The notes under the pieces were generated by a model. It was given only the letters and a program-made list of their open reading frames with translations, was not told where the DNA came from and searched no databases. A program made the translations under genes and the position numbers. This document shows positions 51,590 to 62,225 of a DNA stretch of 64,000 bases, one piece after another (the first letter of the stretch is position 1; each line of letters opens with the position of its first letter). The stretch is from Octopus sinensis (Eukaryota): assembly GCF_006345805.1 (NCBI RefSeq), contig NC_042999.1, positions 56,978,001 through 57,042,000 of the forward strand. The letters run 5' to 3'.

Positions 51590-52140
51590 AACAATAAATT
51601 AAGTACCAGTTGTGCACTAGGGTTGATGTAATTGACTAGTCCCTCCCTCAAAATTTCAGGCATTGTGTCAATTGTAGAAAGGATTCTTATTATTAAGGTG
51701 GTGAGCTGGCAAAATTGTTAGCACACCAGAAAAATTGCTTCATAGCATTTTGCCTGGCTTTATAATCTGAGTTCAAAATCCATCAAGGTAAATTTTGCCT
51801 TTCATCCTTTCAGGATCAATGGGGTAAGGTATCAGTTAAGTACTAGTATTGATTTAATTGATGGACCCTTTCCCCAAACTTTGAGGCCTTGGACCTGTGT
51901 TAAGGCCTTGGACCTGTGTTAGAAATTATTCTAAGCGTAGGGAATTCGCTGAATCATTAGAGTATCGGACCAAATGCCTTTGCAGTAGTTGTTCTGGCTC
52001 TTTGCATTTTTGCTCTTATCATTTCAGACTTGATAAATAAAATATCATTCAAGTACTGGGGTTGATTTAAGTAACATATCACTCCCCACCAAATTTCTGG
52101 CCTGGTATTTACGTAAAAATCATCATCATTATCATTATTA
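51590..52140 (+). mobile_element. Three tandem degenerate SINE A copies
   Basis: Family A blocks at about 51590, 51697 and 51935. Confidence 0.75.
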
Positions 52141-52662
52141 TTGCTACTATTAACTGTATCATCCTAAATTAGCTCTGGTGAATTTCTTCTCTGAAGGAAT
52201 GTAAGAATATTAACTACATCATAATAATGAAAGCCATCCGTTACACTAACAAGATCTTCCATAAAATACCCAGTTCCTTCATTCTTGAATGATTCATCAA
52301 AACAGAAAAGCAATATATCTAATTTCACTATAATCTAAAGCTGATAAAACGCTCTGATTGCACAATTTTATCTTACGCTTTCCCAAGCAAGAACTTAATA
52401 TTATCTGTAGTCAGAGTCGTTTGGTTTCTAGTTAGAGAGCCTGAATGAAGTATAAACACATATGGATACAAAACATTCAGGCGGGGTCCCTATTAAATCA
52501 TGGTTTTATGTAAAACCTCTCTCAAGAGTGCCAACTATACAAGGAAGGGATGGTGATGGGGTAAGAAATTCCAAAACTGATCACTGATATATACTAGGTT
52601 TCATCCTGAGAAATTCTCTAAACAAACACCTTTTAGTTCTTTATTTCTTTACATTCTTTTAG

Positions 52663-52722
52663 CCACCACAGTCAAGTTCCTGCTGCAGTACTTGGTACAA
52701 TCAGTTTTTAGCAGAAGTGAAA
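52663..52722 (+). CDS. Candidate exon 6 (A-TTVKFLLQYLVQSVFSRSE + A)
   Basis: Very strong acceptor ttctttatttctttacattcttttag and donor gtaaga; the phase-1 frame joins exon 21800-21847 as G+CC (Ala). Confidence 0.6.
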
Positions 52723-53034
52723 GTAAGAAAACCTGCTGGTGTCATGTTTGGGAGTTAACGATAAAAATGCATATTTCCTTTCATCAGTGCTTCCAGTTAT
52801 TAATTAATTACGACTTCCATATTTATTTCATTTGACGTTCAACAAATGTTTCCTTGAAAATGAAATGAAACTAAATGGCAAGTGTATATACTGACATCCC
52901 AATATTACTGAATTTAACACTTCTTGTTCACACTGTTATGCAATTCTGTTTGATATCGAAGTTATCAACTATCCCACATGTAAACTGTTACACATAACTG
53001 TAATAGAAAGGAAACATACAATTATGTACTTAAG

Positions 53035-53115
53035 AAGTTTCTTTGCAACCAAATGGCTCAGTGTTTGATGCCAATGCATGGCATCTTCAGTGTGTCTCTG
53101 CTGCAGCAGCATCAG
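53035..53115 (+). CDS. Candidate exon 7 (K-VSLQPNGSVFDANAWHLQCVSAAAAS + G)
   Basis: tatgtacttaag acceptor, weak gttaac donor, 81 nt open; phase 1 in and out. Confidence 0.35.
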
Positions 53116-53344
53116 GTTAACTGATACCTTATCTGTCAAATTTCATTGTAGAGAACTGTGCAGAAGCCCACCAAGCTCACTTTGCACCCATATTGTTATG
53201 GATTCAGTCCCACTGTATGCACCTTGGGCAAATGTCTTCAACTACAAATCAGGGCCAACCAACGCCTTGTGAGTGAATCTGTAGACAGAAACTGTATGAA
53301 AGCCTTTCATATGTATATATATACACACACATATATAAATTTTA

Positions 53345-53900
53345 TTTCGTAATGTGATAAAAAACCAAGGCTGTGTAGATTTTAGAACATTTATAGATAG
53401 AAGGCCTTACAGCTGTTTCCGGAATATTTATTATATCTCTTCATCGGAGATAGTGTGAGAGGATGGTTAAGAAATAGTTAAATTAATTAAGATGTAAAAT
53501 AGAGAGTGAGGTGGAGGAAAGAAAAGAAAATAGATGTGAGATATGTAGGGATGTTGTATTTGTAGATCCATTTTTTAAGGCAGAATGGTATACATATAAT
53601 ATTCCAATACCTTATGAGTAAAATCCAATAGAATTTAAAATTGGTCACTCCAAGTACAGAGTTTATACACAGTGTTAATGAATCCATATATAGAAAATGG
53701 ACATAATTATACATATATAATGGGTAAAATATTTGAATTATCCATGTGACATTATTATGACTCATTCTGGAATGATCCAGATGGAGATTTATCAACAACT
53801 ATATAAACCCACAGGCCTTTGACCCGTGACTAGTTTGATAAGTGCCAATGTATGAAACTTTCAGGCCTTGAGTCACTCTGTTACTTCTGTTAAATATTAA
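53345..53900 (-). mobile_element. Probable Penelope-type terminal fragment with a decayed hammerhead motif (53402-53452)
   Basis: Minus strand: tct-CCGATGA-agagatataataaatattccg-GAAA-CAGCTG-TA-agg; the element assignment is inferred from the motif only. Confidence 0.4.
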
Positions 53901-53954
53901 TTAAAAATATACTCATATTTTGAGTTCTATTTTTCCTGTTTGCATTGACATACC

Positions 53955-54006
<52 letters not shown>

Positions 54007-54220
54007 TTTGTGTTTGTCACCCACCAGCACTTGGTAATTGATGTTGGTTTGTCTGCTCCTGCTCATGTTGTGCCTATGCCTCCATGGAAAACTGATGTTA
54101 AAAGATGGGGATGATGATATATATGTACATACTATATGTTTATGTGTACATTTGTGTGCATTTGTCTGCATTTATATATAAACCACCATTATATCAAAGG
54201 AGTAACTCAGTAGTAAAAAG

Positions 54221-54264
<44 letters not shown>

Positions 54265-54564
54265 CACAAGTTCCAGTAAGGCGACGCAGGTAACGATCAT
54301 GCTTGAATGGTATTTTTTTACGTGCCATTGGCACAGAGGCCAGCTTCTTGCTCGTATGGTTCTCTTAGCGCTCGTATGGTATTCTTAGCGCTCCACTAGC
54401 ACGGATGCTAGTCATCGAATCTGATTTCGATTTCACTTGCCTCAACAGATCTTCGCAAGCAGAGTTTAGTGTCCAAAGCAGAGTTGGACACTATACATAT
54501 ATAAACATTTATGTATGTTTATACACAATACATAGACATAATATATAAACACTGTGTATATATA

Positions 54565-54725
54565 CATCATCATTATCATCGTTTAACGTCTGCTTTCCAT
54601 GCTAGCATGGGTTAGACGGTTCAACTGGGGTCTGGTGCAGCCATCTGGTTCGCCAGACCTCAGTCAAATCGTCCAACCCATGCTAGCATGGAAAGCAGAC
54701 GTTAAATGATGATGATGATGATGAT
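54565..54725. mobile_element. Double-tailed RTE 3'-end fragment (two 3' ends pointing outward)
   Basis: (cat)n-tttaacgtctgctttccatgctagcatggg ... cccatgctagcatggaaagcagacgttaaa-(tga)n. Confidence 0.85.
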
Positions 54726-55955
54726 ATATATATATGGAAACTAAAGTCAAGGTAGAAAATGCTAAAATAATTTTAAAACATTTCCGTACCGGTTTCAGTC
54801 ATTGAGATTTTTTCAAAGTATGGAAAACAATTAAATTTTGGAAAGATTAGAAGAAAAGTTTTTTTAAAAGAATATTTGCATAGTGTTCAAATATAAGGGG
54901 CATTTTCCTTGTTTACTCTTGTGGGTTCGAGGTCGGTGTGAATTCTTGGTAGGGAAGAAGAAGAAGAAGCAGAAGAAGAAGGGGGAGAAGAAGAAGAAAG
55001 GGAGGAGAAGAAGAAGAATTGCTGGCACAATGCCAGAAATTTGAAGGGCGTGGAAACATTAATAACATCAACTTCAGTGCTCTACTGGTACTTATTTTAT
55101 CAACCCCATTGTTCAAATGGTACTTATTTTATCAACCCTCAAAAGAGTGAAAGACAAAGTCGTCCTTGGTAAAATTTGAACTCAGAACATAATACAAATA
55201 CTTCCTATACATCAAACTCCAGTACTAATTGATATTGTTGAACCCAAAGTCAGTTTCGATTAAGCAAATCTATGATCAGAGCTGTTCCAGGCATGACAAG
55301 CTTATCTTTTATCCAATTTACCTTCAATTTTGAAGATATAAAAATTTAAGTGGAGAGAAATTCGGCTGCTATTTCTAGCAGTCTCAGTGACCATATAAAC
55401 ACTCCTTTGTCAGCTCATCCAACACTAATTAAAATCACCAAGGTAACAGGAACTATCTACTACTAACTACTTCTGAGCAGGGTTTATAGACATCAAATAG
55501 TAGATAAAAAAAACATTAAAAATGCTTTCAATGTGTAACAGGACTGAAATATAACATTTTAAAACAAATAAGCTAAAATTTCTCAGTGAAAAAAAAAAAT
55601 TCTTGAGTTATATAGAGCCATTATAACATTAGAAACATCTTCATCATTTTAACAACTGCTTTTTTTTTTATGCTGGTATGAGATGAAGAGATTTTCCACA
55701 GAGTACACCATTAATCTTCTTGGCTTTTGTCATCATCTCTACAGTAAGGCCTAGCTTCATAAAATCTGACCTCAGCCTGTTGTCCCTGCTTTAATTATTT
55801 CTCACATTTTATCATCTTACTTGTGGCACACAAGCTGATGGGGGTGTTGTGCTATGCAGTTGCTTGACCTGCCAGAAAAAGCAGTAAAATTTCATATCAC
55901 ACCTTATATTAAAACAGAAAAAAAAGGCCCATCCAATGCATGTCAGCATAATGAT

Positions 55956-55988
<33 letters not shown>

Positions 55989-56155
55989 TAGAAAAACAAA
56001 TCCAGAGAAGAAACACACTCTAAAAATCAAAGCAGTCTATGGGGTTACCCTGGCTTAACCCCATGGTGCATCGTCAGACCCCAAGACCTGCACTGTAGGG
56101 TTAAGCCCTTTATTGACGGAAACCCAGAGTATTGCCATAAACTGGCCTTCACCAG

Positions 56156-56205
<50 letters not shown>

Positions 56206-57204
56206 CTGAACCAAGTCTCAGTAAATTGCTGGTATTGATGCTGGAGAGATGAAAGGCAAAATCAGTTTTCATGGAATTTAAAATCAGAACATAAAGAGAT
56301 GCATCTAAATATTGAATGACTTTTTCTCTTTTTCTTTGTTGATGTATTGCTCTAGCATCCCCCATCCTCTAGACCTAAAATAATAACACTGGTGGTGGTG
56401 ATTAGCTCATAATAATTTTTATCTATTAAAAATATAATAATGATCCTTCTTGATATGTATGTGTGAGCAAATGCGTATGTATATGAGTGTGTATACATGC
56501 ACATATACATCCATGATGGTTAATTTATTGATACACTGTAAGCAACTACACACACACACACAAAAAAAAAATCCCCTGATAAATAAAGGCTTCATCTTAA
56601 TTATTTACCAGTATAACTGTGAACACTCATTGCTATCACCATCATCAACTATGTATGACTCTTACTTGACATTAAAATCCTATTAAAATTATATCACATA
56701 GCACTCCCAGAAAATCTGTTTTTATGCTTCGTAGTATATACAAGAAGATTGAATCTTCATTGGCTTCTTCTCCTCCTCCTCCTCTTCCTTCACCTCCTCC
56801 TTTCTTTGGCAATCTTTAATTAGCTGATGTGCTAAACAACATAAAGAAATATAGAACATACACACATTCCAGATATCTATGTAGAGTTAAATACTTTCAC
56901 ATGTGAAACCCAAACTTCTTTCAGAAAGTCACACTTAACCTTTTTGTTACCATATTTCTGTTGAAATATACTACCTTTCTTTCAATTACTTTTGAAAAGA
57001 ATATTAAAAAATTTAGTAAAATAATTTTGTCATTATTAAACTGGTGTTTGGAACATAAAGTAACATGGAATTTTGTTTGAAGTTTATAATTTAAGACAGG
57101 AAATCTGTTTCACAGAAATAGGAGTGACCTCAGGCAAGACAGTATTAAAAGCATTAATATCAGTCCTCTCTTTCTGTATATATATATATATATACATATA
57201 TATA

Positions 57205-57640
57205 GTCTCTTGTTTCAGTCATTTGATTGTGGCCATGCTAGAGCACCACCTTTATAGTCGAGCAAATCGACCCCAGAGCTTATTCTTTGTAAGCCTAGTA
57301 CTTATTCTATCAGTCTCTTTTGCCAAACCACTAAGTTATGGGGACATTAAACACACCAGCATCGGTTGTCAAGCGATGCTGGAGGGACAAACAGACACAG
57401 AAACATATACACACGCATACATACATACATATATATATATATATACACATATGCGATGAGCTTCTTCCAGTTTCCATCTACCAAATCCACTCACAAGGCT
57501 TTGGTCAGCCCGAGGCTATAGTAGAAGACACTTGCCCAAGATGCCATGCACTGGGACTGAACCCTGGGACCAAGTGGTTGGTAGGCAAGATACTTACTAC
57601 ATAGCCACTCCTGTGTCTAGCTACTTACCACACAGCTGCT
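57205..57640 (-). mobile_element. SINE family B
   Basis: Reverse complement of the family consensus seen elsewhere in the window. Confidence 0.9.
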
Positions 57641-57668
57641 CCTGTGTGTGTATGTGTATATATATATA

Positions 57669-57944
57669 TATAAGTATATGAAAGAATGGAGTTGAACGAC
57701 TAGTTAACAAATATCCTTTATTCTCGACATATGTTTTGAAGGCTGCATTTTCCTAATTCCGAAGGAATAAGGAGTACATTATGCAGATTTCTCATCAGGA
57801 AAATCAAGGAACTTATGTCGACATCAAAATGCACAAAAAACTCCTTATTCCTTCGGAATTAGGAATATGCAGCCTTCGAAACATGTCGAAAATAAAGGAT
57901 ATTTGTTAACTAGTCGTTCAACTCCATTCTTTCATATACTTATA
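57669..57944. repeat. ~105-bp inverted repeat containing hammerhead halves; Penelope-type inverted terminal structure
   Basis: Arms 57669-57775 and 57840-57944 (about 3 substitutions and a 2-nt indel); CTGATGA on the minus strand at 57792-57798; GAAACATGTC in the right arm. Confidence 0.8.
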
Positions 57945-58146
57945 ATTTTAAAATAAACATACAAATTTCCGCACGAAGACACGTAGTCTATGCCCTAGGG
58001 ATGTAGCTTCAACCGTGTTCTTTCTGATGTGAATTTGCTACCCAGGTATCGGTTATCTTTCGAATTATCCTTAATAAGATAATTCATTCAATTACTCAAA
58101 TATATATATACACACCATCATTAAAAGTAAACGGCAACCAAAATCC

Positions 58147-58620
58147 TTGAAAAGGATTTTAACCCAAGCTAAACTGCACTCAACATCAACCACAAAACCA
58201 GCAGTTAGAAAATGTGGAAGGCCCAACAGCGGAATCTGTGTCATCTTGATAGAAGGTTCAGAATTTATACTAGAACAAGGCCATCAGTTCACCATTAGAG
58301 CAAACTTCACCTGCGCATCAGAAAACTTAATTTACGTCTTAACATGCGCAGGTTGCAATAGGCAGTATATAGGCCATACAAAAAATAGCTTACATAACAG
58401 GATGGCGGTGCATAAATCACAAATTAGAAACCCTGAATACCGGAAAATACCGGTCAGCGGACACATAGATAGATGTGCTGGAAATGTAAATCCGAAATTT
58501 ACAACTTACCCGCTTTATAAATTCAGTGACAGCGTAACCTTCACGCAACGCCAAAATAAAGAACTGTATTTCATCAAAAAATTTAGACCAAGTTTGAACA
58601 CCCTGGGCCAGGAATATTAA
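58147..58620 (+). CDS. Penelope-like GIY-YIG endonuclease domain, uninterrupted but 5'-truncated (no RT)
   Basis: FTCASENLIYVLTCAGCNRQYIGHTKNSLHNRMAVHKSQIR...KELYFIKKFRPSLN; preceded in frame by RQPKSLKRILT. Confidence 0.9.
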   Translation: MKRILTQAKLHSTSTTKPAVRKCGRPNSGICVILIEGSEFILEQGHQFTIRANFTCASENLIYVLTCAGCNRQYIGHTKNSLHNRMAVHKSQIRNPEYRKIPVSGHIDRCAGNVNPKFTTYPLYKFSDSVTFTQRQNKELYFIKKFRPSLNTLGQEY

Positions 58621-58836
58621 AACAAAACACTGGTCCTCCGAAAAGGAGAAGCGAAATTCTACCACGGCCGCTGCCTTAAACAGTCACTCACACTGACAGA
58701 GATATGTCTTAGGGAAAGAAAAAATTTATTAAAAGATCTCTACAAGCAGATCTAATCCTGATTCGTCAAGAAACTGATGACATATTACCTCAGTGGGCAA
58801 GCTATTGTCACCCTGCTTGGTCAGTTTCCACACACG

Positions 58837-59212
58837 ATACAGCTAAGGGTCAGACACGATTCTGATTGGTCAAAACATTGATGACGTCTCGTTCTGCTGG
58901 ACTAGCCACCTAACGGGATGATTGGTCAAAACATTGATGACGTCTCATTCCGCTGGACTAGCCACCTAACGGGATACAGTCATGGGTCAGATCTAATACA
59001 GCTATAGGTCTGACCCGATTCTGATTGGTCAAAACATTGATGACGTCTCGTTCTGCTGGACTAGCCACCTAACGGGATGATTGGTCAAAACATTGATGAC
59101 GTCCCGTTCTGCTGGACTAGCCACCTAACGAGATGATTGGTCAAAACATTGATGACGTCTCGTTCCGCTAGACTAGCCACCTAACAGGATACAGTCATGG
59201 ATCAGATCTAAT
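58837..59212 (+). repeat. Tandem array of five 56-bp units, each with ATTGG and TGACGTC
   Basis: Units start at 58864, 58920, 59023, 59079 and 59135; higher-order duplication (2 units + spacer, 3 units + spacer). Confidence 0.95.
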
Positions 59213-59314
59213 TTCAATCCGTCAAAAACAAGGATGACGTATTTCTTCTGTGGCCAAACTGTCGTTCTGCTTGGTTGGTTTCCTAACAGGATATATTCGT
59301 TGAGACTGAGTTTT

Positions 59315-59378
59315 GATTGGTTGGGAACTATATGACGTCAGTGAAAAATGCGAGACAGCTAAGCTGAGCTGATATAAA
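59315..59378 (+). promoter_or_regulatory. Pol II promoter-like module: inverted CCAAT, CRE palindrome, TATA
   Basis: gattgg 59315-59320, TGACGTCA 59333-59340, TATAAA 59373-59378. Confidence 0.5.
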
Positions 59379-59736
59379 CCCAAACAATTCACAAAATTCA
59401 CCAAAACTATACGAACAGACACCAACCAAAAATCACTACAGTTGCTCCCATTGGAACACAAGGTAAAATCTAAAATGAATTCCTCGCTTTTTCAAGAACA
59501 TGAATTTTTTATATTTGACTCTATTGAATGCATATCACCACTATGAACTACTACATCATACTCTTTAAACATATAGCATGGACTCGCTTTACTATATATG
59601 AATTTTTTATGTTTGCACAGATCATGAATGGCTAAAGCTAAGTGACTCGTTCAGCCTCGCTACAACTACCTTCTATCTTTGCACTTATCATCATCGTTCT
59701 TTCACTACTCTTCGATTACCATCTCATGTATTGTAT

Positions 59737-59911
59737 TACCATCTCATTCTTTCAGTATTCCCTCATTACCCTGTCTAGCTCAAACACATTTTTTTTGTTT
59801 AGTCTTGTCTCCCGGTTCATAGCCTACCATCTCATTCTTTCAGTATTCCCTCATTACCCTGTCTAGCTCAAATACATTTTTTCGTTTAGTCTTGTCTCCC
59901 GGTTCATAGCC
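59737..59911 (+). repeat. 88-bp tandem duplication
   Basis: 59737-59824 and 59825-59911 are nearly identical. Confidence 0.9.
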
Positions 59912-60006
59912 ACTCTGATGTTTCAAACCCATTTGCTAGCTCACACGATTAACAGAACCTCTTACTAAGCTACGGTGCACCAGCCCCCTCCCACCCCACC
60001 CCCCAC

Positions 60007-61900
60007 CTAGTCACCCGTATAGTTACTCAGGTGATACACAAATGAGTCATACCCAATGACTGGTGTAGCAGCATAATAGTCAACTGCTACAAAGGTAAAA
60101 GTGACGCCCTAGATACAAATAACTACAGAGGTATCAAGCTGTTGGATCAGGTGATGAAGGTTACGGAGAGGGTCATAGCCCAACTAATTAGAGAGAGAGT
60201 TAGTCTAGATGAGATGCAGTTTGGGTTTGTGCCAGGGAAAAGTACTACTGATGCTATATTCCTGGTAAGGCAACTGCAGGAGAAATACCTAGCCAAAGAT
60301 AAGCCCCTGTACCTGGCTTTTGTTGACATGGAGAAAGCCTTCGACAGGGTCCCCCGATCCCTTATCTGGTGGTCAATGAGGAAACTAGGGATAGATGAAT
60401 GGTTAGTGAGAGCTGTGCGGGCCATGTATAGGGACGCTGCTAGTAAGGTGAGGGTTGGCAACGAGTACAGTGAAGAATTCCGGGTAGAGGTTGGGGTCCA
60501 CCAAGGCTCAGTCCTCAGCCCCCTCCTATTTATCATTGTCCTTCAGGCAATAACGGAGGAATTCAAGACAGGATGCCCTTGGGAGCTCCTCTATGCTGAT
60601 GACCTTGCTCTAATTGCTGAGTCACTATCAGAACTGGAGGAGAAGTTTCAGGTGTGGAAACAAGGATTAGAATCGAAGGGCCTCAGAGTCAATCTAGCTA
60701 AAACCAAAGTCGTAATCAGTAGGAAGGTAGACAAATCACAAATGCCTTCAGGTAGATGGCCCTGCTCGATCTGTAGAAAAGGTGTAGGTAGAAACTCTAT
60801 AAGATGCACCAGGTGTAAGCTATGGACACATAAGAGATGCAGCAATGTCAAAGGAAGGCTAACTAGGAAGATGGTTTTTGTATGTGGCAGATGCTCAGGA
60901 ACAATAAACACTGAAAATGCTCTGAAACCAACTTCCGTCACTTTCCAGAGAGAAAAACTAGAAATAGTTGATAGTTTCCGTTACCTAGGTGACCAAGTCA
61001 GCAGCGGGGGCGGGTGTGCTGAAAGTGTAACTGCTAGAGTAAGAATAGCTTGGGCAAAGTTCAGAGAGCTCTTACCTCTGCTGGTGACAAAAGGCCTCTC
61101 GCACAGAGTGAAAGGCAGACTGTATGATGCGTGTGTACGAACAGCCATGCTACATGGCAGTGAAACATGGACCGTGACTGCTGAGGATATGCGTAAGCTC
61201 GCAAGAAATGAAGCCAGTATGCTCCGATGGATGTGTAATGTCAGTACTCATACTCAGCAGAGTGTAAGTACCTTGAGAGAAAAGCTGGACCTAAGAAGCA
61301 TCAGTTGTGGTGTGCAAGAGAGACGTTTGTGCTGGTATGGTCATGTGGCGAGAATGGATGAAGATAGTTGTGTGAAAAAGTGCCACACCCTAGCGGTTGA
61401 GGGAACCTGCGGAAGAGGCAGACCCAGGAAAACCTGGGACGAGGTGGTGAAGCACGACCTTTGAACTTTAGGTCTCACTGAGGAAATGACTGGAGACCGA
61501 GACCATTGGAAGTGTGCTTGTGCGCGAGAAGACCCGGCAGGACAAGTGAGTCCATAAACCGTGGCCTTCTACATGGGATGGAGCCAGCCTACGTATGCAT
61601 ACCTTCCCTTCTTGGGACACAAAACTCTACTTGTGAAGACCTGTTGAGGCAAGTGAGGATCAGGATCAGAATCGAAATCGATCAATGGAAATTGCAGATG
61701 TGCTACCAGTGCCGGTGGCATGTAAGAGAACCTTCCGTTTCGCGACCATTGCCAGCGCCGCCCTGACTGACCTCGTGCCGGTGGCACGTAAAAAGCACCA
61801 TCCGTTCGTGGCCGTTTGCCAGCTCTGTCTGGCACCTGTGCGGGTGGCACGTAAAAAGCACCCACTACACTCACGGAGTGGTTGGCGTTAGGAAGGGCAT
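60007..61900 (+). mobile_element. 5'-truncated RTE-clade LINE, copy B (ORF 60142-61464: RT plus PHD-like finger)
   Basis: DMEKAFD, HQGSVLSP and YADD intact; TGA at 61462 where copy A has CGA; the 3' UTR stops at ttaggaagggcat. Confidence 0.95.
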
Positions 61901-61904
61901 ATGT

Positions 61905-62225
61905 CTCCTGGTCTTGAGATCATGTGATAGTCGTAAAAGGGTATCCCTGTCGTATAAACGGTGTCATTCATTTCCAATTTTCTGTGAAAACATGTCTGAC
62001 CACGAGGAAATATTACCTTGTTTGGAAACAGGTGATGGTTGGTGACAGGGAGAGTACCCAATCATAGGAAATCTGTCTCAATAATTTGTCTGTCTTGATC
62101 TATGTAACCATGGAAAAGTGGATGTTAAAATCATGATGACAAAGATAATGATGATGATGATAATGATGATGATGATAATGATGATGACGACGACAATGAT
62201 AATGATGGTATTGATGATGATGATA
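61905..62225 (+). mobile_element. 3' end of a second, older LINE-like family with a (TGA)n tail
   Basis: ggaaatattaccttgtttggaaacaggt...catggaaaagtggatgttaaaat; related fragments at about 22150-22300 and 38520-38640 (minus). Confidence 0.6.

Noticed and set aside
56096-56104. Telomerase-template-like UAACCCUA on the minus strand
   Set aside because: Only 8 nt, absent from the homologous 32.5-kb copy, and no pseudoknot or CR4/5 recognised
437-57604. Most of the 60-150 aa ORFs in the track (CVCV, IYIY, HTHT, LLLL, SLSL runs; SINE-derived frames)
   Set aside because: They are translations of microsatellites or of recurring SINE sequence with no protein-like content
58864-59190. CRISPR-like array
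   Set aside because: Units are directly adjacent without unique spacers, the context is eukaryotic and there are no cas genes
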